The notes beneath the pieces are model-generated. The model saw only the letters and a list, made by a program, of their open reading frames with translations. It had not been told where the DNA came from and ran no database searches. The position numbers and the translations under genes are program-made. 64,000 nucleotides of DNA from an uncultured Acidobacteriota bacterium (lineage in GTDB: Bacteria > Acidobacteriota > Terriglobia > Acidiferrales > UBA7541), in NCBI GenBank assembly GCA_963796165.1, contig CAWCKP010000008.1:144463-208462 (forward strand), written 5' to 3'. Below are positions 43,102-52,952 of this stretch, piece after piece (position 1 is the stretch's first letter; each line of letters begins with the position of its first letter).

Positions 43102-44615
43102 GGCGGTGTCAAGATTTTTGTGTAAACGGCCTTCGGTTTTTTCTTTTTGAGTCCTTTTTCGTTCCATTAAAACAACCCGTCGCCGGAGCTGTGGGAATGT
43201 GGGAATCTCGCGTCTTCTGCGAGATTTCCAAGGAGATGTGGAAAGCCTGGTGTTGGCTTTCCATAGCTCCGTCATTTCCATAGCTCTGTTTCACGAAATT
43301 TTCTCGCGCAAGGCTGGCGCTAACTGTCACGCGCGCTCCCCCGCCGGCATGCGGTCCGGCCAGAGAACGGTGAAGCGGTTCAGCGCGGCACACCAATCCT
43401 GTACCGGCCTCGTCCATCTTTTGGAGGCATTTTTCAACGCTAGGTATAACAGCTTCAGAGCCGCCTCCTCGTTCGGAAACGAACCCCGCATTTTGATGAT
43501 TTTACGCAGCGACATGTTCAGCGATTCCACCGTGTTGGTCGTGTAAATTACTTTCCGAATCTCGGCCGGATAGGCAAAAAACGGTGTAATCCGATCCCAG
43601 TGCCGGCGCCAGGTTTGGCTCACCACCGGGTACACCGCATCCCACTTTTCCGCAAACTCATCCAGTTGCACTTTCGCCTCCGAGGCCGTCGCCGCTTGAT
43701 AGATCTTCCGTAAGTCCGCTGCCACTTGCTTGCGCTGTTTCCAGTTCGTGTAGCTCAACGAGGCCCGTATCATGTGCACGATACAGGTTTGCACCTCGGC
43801 CTTTGGATACACCGATTCAATCACCTCCGGGAACCCCTTCAGCCCGTCCACGCAGGCGATGAAGATGTCTTTCACCCCGCGATTTTGCAACTCCGTCAGC
43901 ACCTGCAGCCAGAACTTCGCCCCTTCGTTCTGCGCCGCCCAGAGTCCCAGAACCTCCTTGTTGCCCTGCAGGTTCACCGCGATCGCCACGTGGATCGCTT
44001 GGTTCCGAATGTGTCCGCCATCGCGCACCTTCACCCGCAGCGCATCCATGTACAGGATCGGGTACACCTCATCCAAAGGCCGGTTCTGCCACGTCTTTAC
44101 TTCCTCCATCACCGCTTCGGTGACGTTGGAAACCAAGGTGGGCGAAACCTCTACCCCATAGATCTCTTTCAGATGCCCCTCGATTTCTCGCGTGGTCATC
44201 CCCCTCGAGTACATCGAAATGATCTTGTCGTCGAAACCGTCAAAGCGGGTCTGCCCTTTGCTCACAATGGCCGGCTCAAAGCTCCCGTTGCGATCCCGCG
44301 GCGTCTCCAATTCCATCTCCCCGAAATCGCCTTTCAGCTTCTTCTTGCTGGCTCCGTTTCTCGAGTTCCCGCTGTTGTAGCCCGCCGGATCATGCTTTTC
44401 GTAGCCGACGTGCTCCGTCAGCTCCGCATTCATCGCCCGCTCTAAAAGAGCCTTGGTGAGCTGCTTCAGCAGTCCGTTCTCTCCGATAATGTCTTCCGGC
44501 TTCTTGTAGCCCGCCAGCAGTTCATCAACTAGCTTTGGATCTATGGTCATCAGTTCTCCTTGTTTGAGTCTGCTCTATTCCCGACGACCGTTTACACAAT
44601 CTTTTTTACACCCTC
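43102..44615 (-). mobile_element. IS256-family insertion sequence with 8-bp target site duplication
   Basis: GTGGCACC occurs at 43094-43101 and 44616-44623. The terminal inverted repeats match at 21 of 30 positions, including a perfect TTGTGTAAACGG. An intact transposase lies inside. Confidence 0.85.
43327..44550 (-). CDS. IS256 family (Mutator-type) transposase
   Basis: 407 aa. LLKQLTKALLERAMNAELTEHVGY, RNGSFEPAIV, MYSRGMTTREI, YMDALRVKVR, DGLKGFPEVI, CIVHMIR, TTNTVESLN. Confidence 0.9.
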   Translation of the reverse strand: MTIDPKLVDELLAGYKKPEDIIGENGLLKQLTKALLERAMNAELTEHVGYEKHDPAGYNSGNSRNGASKKKLKGDFGEMELETPRDRNGSFEPAIVSKGQTRFDGFDDKIISMYSRGMTTREIEGHLKEIYGVEVSPTLVSNVTEAVMEEVKTWQNRPLDEVYPILYMDALRVKVRDGGHIRNQAIHVAIAVNLQGNKEVLGLWAAQNEGAKFWLQVLTELQNRGVKDIFIACVDGLKGFPEVIESVYPKAEVQTCIVHMIRASLSYTNWKQRKQVAADLRKIYQAATASEAKVQLDEFAEKWDAVYPVVSQTWRRHWDRITPFFAYPAEIRKVIYTTNTVESLNMSLRKIIKMRGSFPNEEAALKLLYLALKNASKRWTRPVQDWCAALNRFTVLWPDRMPAGERA

Positions 44616-44974
44616 GTGGCACCTTGCCAACTCTCCGGCAGTGAAGCTCGCTCTGCCGAACGCTTTCTTCGCCTCGCTCGGACTTCCCGAGCTCACGGCT
44701 CACGGTTAGCTTAACTCGCCGAACCGCCGGATGCGGACCCGCATGTCCGGTCGTGTGGCAGGGGAAGAGAGGTGACTCTCTCCCCTATGCCGATTGGCGC
44801 AACTACTTATAGTTGTAGAGCTCCAGATACCGCCACATTCTCCACACACAAATCCAACTGCTGAGCACGGGGCGTCGACGCCCAAAACCAACGATTGCCT
44901 CAGCATTCGGCGCATTTTACAGCGGAAAGCTTTTTGTGCGGGGCCTCCACAACCAGAATGGTTGTGCCACAACG

Positions 44975-46078
44975 CTAGTTCGGCGAGGCGGTGCCAACGT
45001 CGCTGCTTGCGTCGGGGGCCCAGACGTCGACGGTCATCTTGCCGTCTTCGCGGACCACTCCCCGCATCATGGCGTCGCCGTTGTAGGGCATGGCGATATT
45101 GCCTTGCGGGTCGATGGCGATGATCCCGCCTTCACCTTTCTGCGTGACCAGCTCCTTCATCACCACCTCGTTGGCGGCGTCGGCCAGCGAGACGTGGGTA
45201 TAGCGCACCCGCGCGCAAATATCCGCGGCGACATTGTTGCGGATGTAGAACTCGCCTACACCGGTGCCGGAGACCGCGCAGCTCTGGTTATTGGCGTAGG
45301 TCCCGGCGCCAATGATCGGCGAATCGCCGACGCGTCCAGGCATTTTGTAAAACAGGCCGCCGGTGGAAGTCCCCGCGGCGAGGTTGCCCGCCGAGTCCAG
45401 CGCCACCACACCGACGGTGCCGTGAATTTCATCCGGAAGGGGATTGGAGGACGATTGCTTGATGGTTTCCCCGGAGACTTTGGTTTGGTATTCCTTCCAG
45501 CGGCGCTCGTTGAAAAAATAAAACGGGGTGACCATAGGAACGCCCTGGGACTGGGCAAAGCGCTCAGCGCCCTCGCCGACCAGCATCACGTGCGGCGTCT
45601 TTTCCATCACCAGGCGGGCTAGGCTGATGGGGTTCTTGACGTGCTTCACCGAGGCCACCGAACCGGCGGCGAGGGTGCGGCCGTCCATGATCGCGGCATC
45701 GAGTTCCGGGATGCCATCGCGGGTGTAGACTCCGCCGCGTCCCGAGTTCGTATGTCCGGAATCCTCCATGATGCGGATGGCCGCCTCCACCGCGTCGAGG
45801 CTGGAGCCGCCGCGATAGAGTATCCGGTAGCCCGCTTCCATCGCTTCCTTCAGGGTAGCGCGTTCCGCCGTGACGTCTTCGGGCGGCATGGCGCGAAAAT
45901 TGCCCTCGCCGCCGTGGATCACCAAAGTGAAGTGGCGCCCGGCTGGCACGGCAGGCGTGGCAGGGCGAGCCAGGCCAGAGGCGGTTGCAGCCGCCTCGGA
46001 CGACACAGGACGCGTCGTCGCAACGGCTGCCACCGCTGCGACGACCCCGGCGAGCAAGAATATTTGCGCAAGTCTCAT
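44975..46078 (-). CDS. isoaspartyl peptidase / L-asparaginase (Ntn-hydrolase, plant-type asparaginase family), secreted
   Basis: Signal peptide. HGGEGN. Autoprocessing site HGTVGVVALD. GTSTGG. Confidence 0.85.
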   Translation of the reverse strand: MRLAQIFLLAGVVAAVAAVATTRPVSSEAAATASGLARPATPAVPAGRHFTLVIHGGEGNFRAMPPEDVTAERATLKEAMEAGYRILYRGGSSLDAVEAAIRIMEDSGHTNSGRGGVYTRDGIPELDAAIMDGRTLAAGSVASVKHVKNPISLARLVMEKTPHVMLVGEGAERFAQSQGVPMVTPFYFFNERRWKEYQTKVSGETIKQSSSNPLPDEIHGTVGVVALDSAGNLAAGTSTGGLFYKMPGRVGDSPIIGAGTYANNQSCAVSGTGVGEFYIRNNVAADICARVRYTHVSLADAANEVVMKELVTQKGEGGIIAIDPQGNIAMPYNGDAMMRGVVREDGKMTVDVWAPDASSDVGTASPN

Positions 46079-46187
46079 AGGATTCCTCCAATATTTAGGC
46101 GAACAATCGATTCAATCGAGATTCTTCAACCGCGGCGAAAATATACACCAAATGAAGAAGCACCGTGCCACAGCGTCATGGCACAGT

Positions 46188-46413
46188 CGTTGTGGCACAG
46201 CCACTCCTGGCGCTGCAGATCCAAAAACTCAAACGCCTAGCTACTCAACAACTCAAGAACGGTTCGCGGCGGAACATCCTTGCCAACGCTCGTGACGTAT
46301 CGACATGCCAAAGACTTAACCGTGCGATTCCGTCAGCGGCAACCGCGTTTTTTGCTCAACGAATTGTTCCTGAGGTTTGAATCTCCACCGCCAGGTGGCT
46401 GTGCCACAACGGC
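46188..46413. repeat. inverted pair of the GTTGTGGCACAGC-type repeat bracketing about 175 bp
   Basis: CGTTGTGGCACAGCCACTCCTGGCG at 46188-46212. The reverse complement of 46389-46413 is GCCGTTGTGGCACAGCCACCTGGCG. Confidence 0.7.
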
Positions 46414-46429
46414 TGTCGTGCAACACACG

Positions 46430-47323
46430 TTATTTCGGAGGCGGTGGGTTCTGCGTCGAATCGGTGGGCGCGTCGGCTGGGGTGAGAATGTGGACGGTGG
46501 TGCTGAATTTTCGGAAGTTGGTGAAGGTCTTCACTACTTGCAGATTCTTTCGGTCCCACAGCAGCCGGGCGTCCAGGCGAATATCGGAACTGGTGATGCC
46601 CCAAAGATCGGCGTCAATGCGGCCTTGGCGAAGATGCATGGCCGAGGTTTCGTTGACGTATGCCGGGCCCCTGCCCAGCTTTTGAATTGGCGCCGCATCG
46701 ATCTGCACCCATTGGCCATTCTGGACGTCGATCCAAATCGTGCCGTGAAGGAGAGGGAGAATGGAGCGTAGTGGACTCTTGCCCTTGAAGTCGTCTCGCG
46801 GCTCGACGCTCAACTCGACGCAGGAGTCGCCATCGCGTTGTTCTTCGCCGATCTTGGTGAAAATGAATCCGTCCACTACATCTTCGCGAATGGCGATATC
46901 TTCCTGGAGCTCTTTGGCGGCTTTGCGCTGAAGCTCTTTTTGTTTTGCGGAGCCGAGCTGGGATTCCCGGATCTCGCGATCGATGCGTTCTTCCTGTTTG
47001 GAGCGCATGGCCTCGCTCAGCGGCTGGCCGTCGACCTGTATGAGTCGCTCGTAGGGAAAGCCGTCAATAAAAAATACCTCCTCCTGGCGGCTGTCGGAAT
47101 TCTTGACGCGGTTTTGATTGTCGAAGTAATTGGTCACGCGACTTTCGACAAAAATATAGTCTCGCAAGGCACTCAAATCCCTGCGGTTCTCAATAAGCGC
47201 TCGCCGGACGATTGCTTGGGTGCCTGCATCCTGGTCTTGTTGTTGTGCAGACGCGCCGATGACCGATGCACACAGTATCAGCGCTGCAGATAGTTTCAGC
47301 AGGGTAGCTGTGTAAGGCCGCAT
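46430..47323 (-). CDS. secreted hypothetical protein
   Basis: Within ORF 46430..47485. The likely start MRPYTATLLKLSAALILCASVIGASAQ is a signal peptide. No family recognised. Confidence 0.6.
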   Translation of the reverse strand: MRPYTATLLKLSAALILCASVIGASAQQQDQDAGTQAIVRRALIENRRDLSALRDYIFVESRVTNYFDNQNRVKNSDSRQEEVFFIDGFPYERLIQVDGQPLSEAMRSKQEERIDREIRESQLGSAKQKELQRKAAKELQEDIAIREDVVDGFIFTKIGEEQRDGDSCVELSVEPRDDFKGKSPLRSILPLLHGTIWIDVQNGQWVQIDAAPIQKLGRGPAYVNETSAMHLRQGRIDADLWGITSSDIRLDARLLWDRKNLQVVKTFTNFRKFSTTVHILTPADAPTDSTQNPPPPK

Positions 47324-47804
47324 CCAGGTTCGGTTCCTATGGAACGGATATGACGCGAATGGTTGCAGAGGAAAATGATAATCGCTTTCGGGGGCTATGC
47401 GGAAACAAAACGGCCCCAGGTTTGGGAGGAGGCAAACCCGGGGCCGGGACTGCTGGGCCGTGCAAACCTTTTGGTGTTGGATCACCCAAATTCGCGCCCC
47501 GTTTGGCCCGCCGCGGCGGATTCAGGGCTGTGGCAGCCGGTGTTGCTGGCGGCGGTGCTTGGGATTTCGCGCCTGGACCGCACGCCCCGGCTGCTACTTC
47601 TGGGACTCCCCTTAGTAATTCCAGCGTTTCGCGAGGAGCATGGCGCGGAACGACCACTGGTAAGCGAGCACGAAGATCGCCGCGTTCGCTCCCGATTGCC
47701 ACCGCCGCAGCATGCGTTGTCTCGCTACGGTGCGGCGGCGATCTTTACTCGTTTGATTCGCCTTCATTTTGTCTCCGACGTGCCCATGACCGGAAAGTAC
47801 AAAG

Positions 47805-48011
47805 TTACTGGACGGTGAGAACCGGAGCGTCCTGCTCGACGCCGGTTATCATCGATTTGAAAATGTCGACTTCCCAACTGTCAGCGATGCGGATGCGAAC
47901 CACTTCGGTCGTCTCGGCGACCAGCGTGCCACGCAGCGGAACCCGCAACGAACCTGCAGCCACTCTCAGAACGATGGGAAGCCCAACCCACATCTCGAAT
48001 CCGCTTTTCAT
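47805..48011 (-). CDS. small hypothetical protein (68 aa)
   Basis: ATG preceded by GGGGGA 6 nt upstream. No family recognised. Confidence 0.35.
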   Translation of the reverse strand: MKSGFEMWVGLPIVLRVAAGSLRVPLRGTLVAETTEVVRIRIADSWEVDIFKSMITGVEQDAPVLTVQ

Positions 48012-48378
48012 CTCGTTCCCCCTAGGTCCAGCTCAGTGTGACTTTCGGAGTGCTCTCGAACAAGTTCAGTGTGGGGGTAAGGAGCGTACTGACCAATGGT
48101 ACAGAGGACTAAAACGAGTGGGCGGAAAGTACTACGGTTTCCGCCACATGCAGCACGGAATCGCGGGCGCGCACCAAGCCAATGTCGCTGGCTCGACGCC
48201 GATCAGGCAGCCCGCCGAGCGTGCCTCTAAACCATGGTTTTAGAGCGTGTTCAGCTGGGAGTGTGTTGTCGAAACCAAGTACCAACCCGGATCGCGGGCG
48301 GAGCACTTTTTCTGTTATCGTAAAGACCGGCGACGCTCTTCGACGCCGAGTCCCGCAGCGCAATATGGTGACATCTCG

Positions 48379-49035
48379 ATGATTGAGTTGATCCGACACA
48401 TTCTCCATCAACTGTACGACGTCCGCGGCCTGGTCGAGTGGGGCGGAGTGCTGGCAGTGTGCATCATCGTCTTCGTGGAGACGGGATTGTTCGTGGGATT
48501 TTTTCTGCCGGGCGATTCGCTGCTGGTGACTGCCGGAGTGATCGCGGCGATCGGCGATTTGAAGGTGGTGTCGCTGTTGACGTTCGTTACTTTGTGTGCG
48601 ATCGCCGGGGATCAGTTGGGATACTGGATTGGACGCCGCGCGGGGATGAGCTTGTACGAGCGCCAAGACTCGCGGTTCTTCAAGAAACAGCACCTCGAGA
48701 GAGCACACGCGTTCTACGAAAAATACGGTGGAAAGACCGTGATCATGGCGCGGTTCGTGCCGATCGTGCGCACCTTCTGCCCCCCGGTGGCGGGCGCGGC
48801 GCGGATGAGTTATGCGCGCTATGTGGCTTACGACATTGTGGGCGGATTTCTGTGGGTTTGGGGAATGATTTTGCTGGGCTATACGCTGGGCCGAAAAATT
48901 CCGCACGTCGAACAGAAAATTCATTACGTGATCGCCGCGGTCATAGTGATTTCACTGCTGCCGGTGGCGATCCAGGCGCTGCGCCTGCGCGCGAAAAAGG
49001 ACGCGGAAGCCGTCGCCACCGCGGAGGCGAAGTAA
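48379..49035 (+). CDS. DedA family membrane protein (VTT domain)
   Basis: FVETGLFVGFFLPGDSLLVTAG, GGKTVIMARFVPIVRTF. Confidence 0.85.
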   Translation: MIELIRHILHQLYDVRGLVEWGGVLAVCIIVFVETGLFVGFFLPGDSLLVTAGVIAAIGDLKVVSLLTFVTLCAIAGDQLGYWIGRRAGMSLYERQDSRFFKKQHLERAHAFYEKYGGKTVIMARFVPIVRTFCPPVAGAARMSYARYVAYDIVGGFLWVWGMILLGYTLGRKIPHVEQKIHYVIAAVIVISLLPVAIQALRLRAKKDAEAVATAEAK

Positions 49036-49094
49036 TCTTCTTGCGGGGCTCGGATACTTTGAATTTTGTGCAGCGTTTGACGGTGGGTGCCCCA

Positions 49095-49139
49095 CGGGTC
49101 GAATTGACGCGTTCCCGACTTCGGTTTCGACCTTTTTTT
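49095..49139 (+). terminator. rho-independent terminator after the DedA gene
   Basis: GGTCGAA...(loop)...TTCGACC followed by TTTTTTT. The loop is long, so confidence is moderate. Confidence 0.5.
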
Positions 49140-49161
49140 CTCTCCCGGGTGCCGTGTCGGT

Positions 49162-50097
49162 TCAATCCCGTTCAGACGGAGGCGGGCCTCCCGGGCCACC
49201 CTCGCGCCGAGCGGCAGCAGGAGTAGACGTTGGATCGACGAAGGTCACTAACTCCGCGTGCAACCCTGCCGCGAATTTCCCTGAATCCAGCGGCTGCAGG
49301 CGAGCGACGGAGAGTTCCCCGTGCTGGTCGCCGAAGACACCATCCTCCGCTTGGGTGGTTCGGTGAATCGCATGTCGACTGTACGGTTCATGTTTCATTA
49401 GTTCGGTAGCGGTTTCTTCAGGGAAGAAGATCTGGCCGACGTGCGACGCATGCCCCGCCTGGTAGGACTTTCCCTGCTCATGGCCGCCCACGCGCACTTT
49501 GAAGTGAATGTGATTGGTGCGCCCCATGTAGAAACCGGGGAATACGGTGCGGAAGCTTACCGATCCGTCCGCGCCGGTAAGTTGTATGCCGCGAAGGAAA
49601 GTGAGTTTGTCGCTAGGATGGTTTTCCGGTGGACCGCCCATGCTCCCCGGGGGCCGGGGATGGTTGCCGCCATCGGGATGTTCGGGGTCGAAGCCAGGCG
49701 GCGGGCCCCAAGGCGGGGAACCTCCAGGTCCACCCGCACCTCCCGGCCCGCCGGGCCCCATCGCGTTCTGCTTAGTGAATCCCGAGTAGAGACCGAGCGC
49801 GTCGCAGTGCCATAGATCGATGGCCGCGTTGGGCAGCACGGTACAGCTGCGCGAATCGAGCACCACAATTCGGAGCGAGAGCGGCACGCCGGGTTTGCCC
49901 TCAACAATGTCGGAGCGAAGCAGCTCATCGGCGACGTAAAATGGCCCCGTCTCTTGCTCAGGAATGAGCTTGCAGACATCGGTCTTCGGCCCCAGGCCAA
50001 GGGCCATAACAGCGCGCTGGAATTGCAGCATCGTTACGGCAGTCAGGCCCGAGGTAATAAAGCGGCGCCGCGTGAAACCGAGAAGTGCCGTTCCCAT
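49162..50097 (-). CDS. intradiol ring-cleavage dioxygenase-like protein with Tat-type signal
   Basis: TRRRFITSG, ETGPFY, IDLWHCDALGLYSGF, GRTNHIHFKV. Contains a Gly/Pro-rich insert (residues about 113-161). Confidence 0.75.
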   Translation of the reverse strand: MGTALLGFTRRRFITSGLTAVTMLQFQRAVMALGLGPKTDVCKLIPEQETGPFYVADELLRSDIVEGKPGVPLSLRIVVLDSRSCTVLPNAAIDLWHCDALGLYSGFTKQNAMGPGGPGGAGGPGGSPPWGPPPGFDPEHPDGGNHPRPPGSMGGPPENHPSDKLTFLRGIQLTGADGSVSFRTVFPGFYMGRTNHIHFKVRVGGHEQGKSYQAGHASHVGQIFFPEETATELMKHEPYSRHAIHRTTQAEDGVFGDQHGELSVARLQPLDSGKFAAGLHAELVTFVDPTSTPAAARREGGPGGPPPSERD

Positions 50098-50302
50098 ACG
50101 CCTCCCAATGTTTCCAAGTGCCGCAAAGTTTTGCCCGCGTCCACTCCACTATATTCCAATAGGAGGGCACATTAGTTCCGCGGTTCCGAGAGCAAGAGCA
50201 ATTTCGTCCGCATTGGGGCGCTTCGAGAGTAGAATCCCGGCGACAGGGAATTTCCTGCGCGCACCCAAGAAATGAGCGCAACGTCAGGAGGATTTGCTCA
50301 CC

Positions 50303-51442
50303 ATGATGCGAATTGCAGCAGTCGCCGCTCTAATTTTCTTCGCGCTCCCGGCCCCATCCTATGCGCAGAAAGCCGCGTTGACCCCGCCGATGGGATGGAA
50401 CAGTTGGAATCACTTTGCATGCAAGGTAACTGCCGCCGACGTGCGCGCTGCTGCCGACGCCATCGCCAGCAACGGAATGAAGGACGCCGGCTACACCTAC
50501 GTCAATATCGACGACTGCTGGCAAGGAACGCGCGACGATAAAGGAGTGATTCGGCCCAACGACAGATTTGGCGACATCAAAGCGCTGGCCGATTACGTCC
50601 ACTCGAAAGGCCTGAAGATTGGAATCTACTCCTCCCCAGGCCCGAAAACCTGCGCGGGATTCGAAGGCAGTTATGGACACGAAACGCAAGATGCGCAGCA
50701 ATACGCCGCATGGGAGATCGACTACCTGAAATACGACTGGTGCAGCGCGGAGAAAGTGTACAAGCCGGAGCAACTGCAGGAGGTGTACACAAAAATGCAT
50801 GACGCGCTGCAGAAAACCGGCCGCCCCATCGTGTTCAGTCTGTGCGAGTACGGCTATGGCTTGGTGTGGCGCTGGGGAGCGTCGGTGGGCGGCAATCTGT
50901 GGCGCACCACCGAAGACATCTCCGACAGCTACAATCGCATGTCGGTGATTGGCTTCCAGCAGAACGGCCTGGAGAAATATGCAGGGCCCGGGCACTGGAA
51001 CGATCCGGACATGCTCGAGGTAGGCAATGGCGACATGAAGCACGACGAATACATCACCCACATGACCCTGTGGTGCATTCTGGCGGCACCGCTGCTCGCG
51101 GGAAACGATCTTTCCAAGACGGATCCTGACTCGTTGGCCATTTTGACCAACAAAGAAGTGATTGGCGTCGATCAGGATGTTAAGGGAATCCAGGGCCATC
51201 GCATCAGCGAAGAGGGCCCGCTGGAAGTTTGGGCCAAGCCTCTCGCAGATGGAGGCTACGCTGTGGGTCTATTCAATCGCGGGGAATGGGAAAATCCCAT
51301 GACCGTAAATCTTGCCGAAGTTGGCATCCACGGCGCGGCGCAGGTCCGCGATTTGTGGGCGCATAAGGACCTCGGCAAATTCACCGGAAAATTTACCGCG
51401 GAAGTGCCGAAGCATGGTGCGGTGTTGATCGAAGTGAAGTAG
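50303..51442 (+). CDS. alpha-galactosidase, glycoside hydrolase family 27, secreted
   Basis: [10 protein letters not shown]. Signal peptide. PPMGWNSWN, YVNIDDCW, YLKYDWC, DMLEVGN. Confidence 0.85.
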   Translation: MMRIAAVAALIFFALPAPSYAQKAALTPPMGWNSWNHFACKVTAADVRAAADAIASNGMKDAGYTYVNIDDCWQGTRDDKGVIRPNDRFGDIKALADYVHSKGLKIGIYSSPGPKTCAGFEGSYGHETQDAQQYAAWEIDYLKYDWCSAEKVYKPEQLQEVYTKMHDALQKTGRPIVFSLCEYGYGLVWRWGASVGGNLWRTTEDISDSYNRMSVIGFQQNGLEKYAGPGHWNDPDMLEVGNGDMKHDEYITHMTLWCILAAPLLAGNDLSKTDPDSLAILTNKEVIGVDQDVKGIQGHRISEEGPLEVWAKPLADGGYAVGLFNRGEWENPMTVNLAEVGIHGAAQVRDLWAHKDLGKFTGKFTAEVPKHGAVLIEVK

Positions 51443-51447
51443 TCGCG

Positions 51448-52827
51448 TTGTCGCGCCGGGCGGGCGAGGGATTCGCGAGCAGCCGATCGAGAGGAACTGT
51501 GAAAAAGAAAGGTTCCAAGCTCCTGTGGTGCTTAGCCGTATTGGCTTTCATTCTGGTTTTCCTGATGGTGGTGCGCCAGCGGGTACGCGGAGATCAAAAC
51601 GCTCCCGCTATACCACCGTTCACCGACTACCGCGGCGAAGCTCCCGGCAACACTCATAAAATCACCGTGGCCGATTTACCTGCGCCCTACGCGTCGCAGG
51701 CCGCTATCAATTTCCCCAGCGTAGTCGATCAGCCCAAAGGTGCGTGGCCTAAAGTTCCTGCGGGATTCAAGGTGGAACGATTTGCCGAAGATCTGGAAAA
51801 TCCTCGCTTGATTCGCACCGCCCCCAATGGGGACCTCTTCCTGGCGGAAAGCGCCGCCGGCCGAGTGAAAGTATTTCGCGGCATCTCCAATAACGGGCGG
51901 CCCAGCAAGGAAGAAACGTTTGCCAGCGATTTGAATAAGCCCTTTGGCATTGCTTTCTATCCCCTGGGTAACGATCCGCAGTGGGTGTACGTCGCCAATA
52001 CCGATTCGGTGGTCCGTTTCGCTTACCACCAGGGGGACATGAAAGCCCGCGGGCCGGCGGAAAAAGTGGTGCCAGACCTGCCCGGCGGCGGCTTGCTCCC
52101 GGGCGGCGGGCACTGGACGCGGGACATCGCGTTTAGTCCCGACGGCCACAAAATGTTTGTCTCGGTCGGCTCACATTCCAATGTGGACGACGCCGACACC
52201 CACAAAGAAGAATTTCATCGCGCCGATATTCTGGAGTTCAATCCGGACGGCTCGGGCCTGCGCGTATTTGCCTACGGCATTCGAAATCCGGTAGGCATCG
52301 CGGTGAATCCGCAGACCGGCGAGCTGTGGTGCTCGACGAACGAGCGCGATAACCTCGGCGATAACCTGGTCCCGGACTACATCACCCACGTGCAGGATGG
52401 CGGTTTCTATGGATGGCCGTGGTGGTACATGGGCCCGCACCAGGATCCGCGCCACGAAGGCAAGCATCCTGAGCTGAAGGACAAAGTGATCACACCCGAC
52501 GTGATCCTGCAGCCGCACAACGCCTCACTCGAGATGACGTTCTACGACGGCAAACGATTCCCGGCGGAATATTCAGGAGACATTTTCGCCGCCGAGCATG
52601 GATCGTGGAACAAAGCGGTGCGCACCGGCTACGAGGTCATTCGCGTCCCGCTGCACGGGCAAGGGCACGCCACCGGGGAGTATCAGGATTTCCTCACTGG
52701 GTTCGTCACCTCCGATGGGAATGTGTGGGGGCGTCCGGTGGGAGTGGCGGTCGCCAGCGACGGTTCGCTGTTGGTGAGCGACGACGGTTCGAACTCCATC
52801 TGGCGAGTGAGCTACGTAGGAAACTAG
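51448..52827 (+). CDS. PQQ-dependent sugar dehydrogenase (sorbosone dehydrogenase family)
   Basis: N-terminal TM/signal anchor. Propeller motifs (PFGIAFYP, GIRNPVGIAVNP, GFYGWPW, GSLLVSDDGSNSIWRV). The start is uncertain (TTG 51448 or GTG 51499). Confidence 0.8.
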   Translation: MSRRAGEGFASSRSRGTVKKKGSKLLWCLAVLAFILVFLMVVRQRVRGDQNAPAIPPFTDYRGEAPGNTHKITVADLPAPYASQAAINFPSVVDQPKGAWPKVPAGFKVERFAEDLENPRLIRTAPNGDLFLAESAAGRVKVFRGISNNGRPSKEETFASDLNKPFGIAFYPLGNDPQWVYVANTDSVVRFAYHQGDMKARGPAEKVVPDLPGGGLLPGGGHWTRDIAFSPDGHKMFVSVGSHSNVDDADTHKEEFHRADILEFNPDGSGLRVFAYGIRNPVGIAVNPQTGELWCSTNERDNLGDNLVPDYITHVQDGGFYGWPWWYMGPHQDPRHEGKHPELKDKVITPDVILQPHNASLEMTFYDGKRFPAEYSGDIFAAEHGSWNKAVRTGYEVIRVPLHGQGHATGEYQDFLTGFVTSDGNVWGRPVGVAVASDGSLLVSDDGSNSIWRVSYVGN

Positions 52828-52864
52828 TTTCCGTTCGGTGGGTGACGCAGAGACCGCGAAAAAC

Positions 52865-52900
52865 AAAAGAGGCGCTCCCGTACCGCGGAGCGCCTCTTTT
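52865..52900. terminator. bidirectional rho-independent terminator between convergent genes
   Basis: AAAAGAGGCGCTCC-cgtaccgc-GGAGCGCCTCTTTT. Confidence 0.75.
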
Positions 52901-52952
52901 ACTCGTGATTCCAAATTTTTCGAGCAGGTTGCTATGCGCTACCTGCTGCCTG

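Larger units (their letters stand above)
41945..44708 (+). pseudogene. group II intron reverse transcriptase/maturase, N-terminal RT motifs scattered over three frames and C-terminus split by IS256
   Basis: MEEVCERENCKQAL..., SPGIDGMTVDQLPGHLKEHWPAIRKQLL, KPQPVRR, GIPTVLDRFIQQAAMQVLQ, SEHSYGFRP.RSAHQAV, YRWVVDLDLEKFFDRVNH lie in shifting frames. The intact stretch 42534..43093 has YADDCNIYV and the X domain. The tail LANSPAVKLALPNAFFASLGLP resumes at 44624. No endonuclease domain. Confidence 0.75.
41368..44788 (+). mobile_element. group II intron (class-C-like), degenerate, carrying a nested IS256 element
   Basis: 5' GUGUG at 41368 directly after the terminator T-run. RT/maturase ORF. Domain-V-like hairpin at 44724-44753 with a CGC triad, a G-U pair and a 2-nt bulge, followed by a GNRA-capped hairpin. 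The 3' boundary is approximate. Net length without the IS is about 1.9 kb. Confidence 0.7.

Noticed and set aside
46165-46212. TGGCAC motifs in the dispersed repeat, considered as sigma54 (-24 GG / -12 GC) promoters.
   Set aside because: The spacing and -12 element do not fit. The best case, TGGCACagtcgTTGTg, has GT instead of GC, and the others lack TTGC altogether. The motif occurs in both orientations as inverted pairs.
49084-49103. TGGGTGCCCCACGGGTCGAA resembles the reverse complement of the second hairpin of the K1/K4 repeat element (17 of 19 positions), suggesting a possible third copy.
   Set aside because: Only about 20 nt match. The first hairpin block is absent, and the sequence forms part of an ordinary terminator for the DedA gene. 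The evidence is insufficient.
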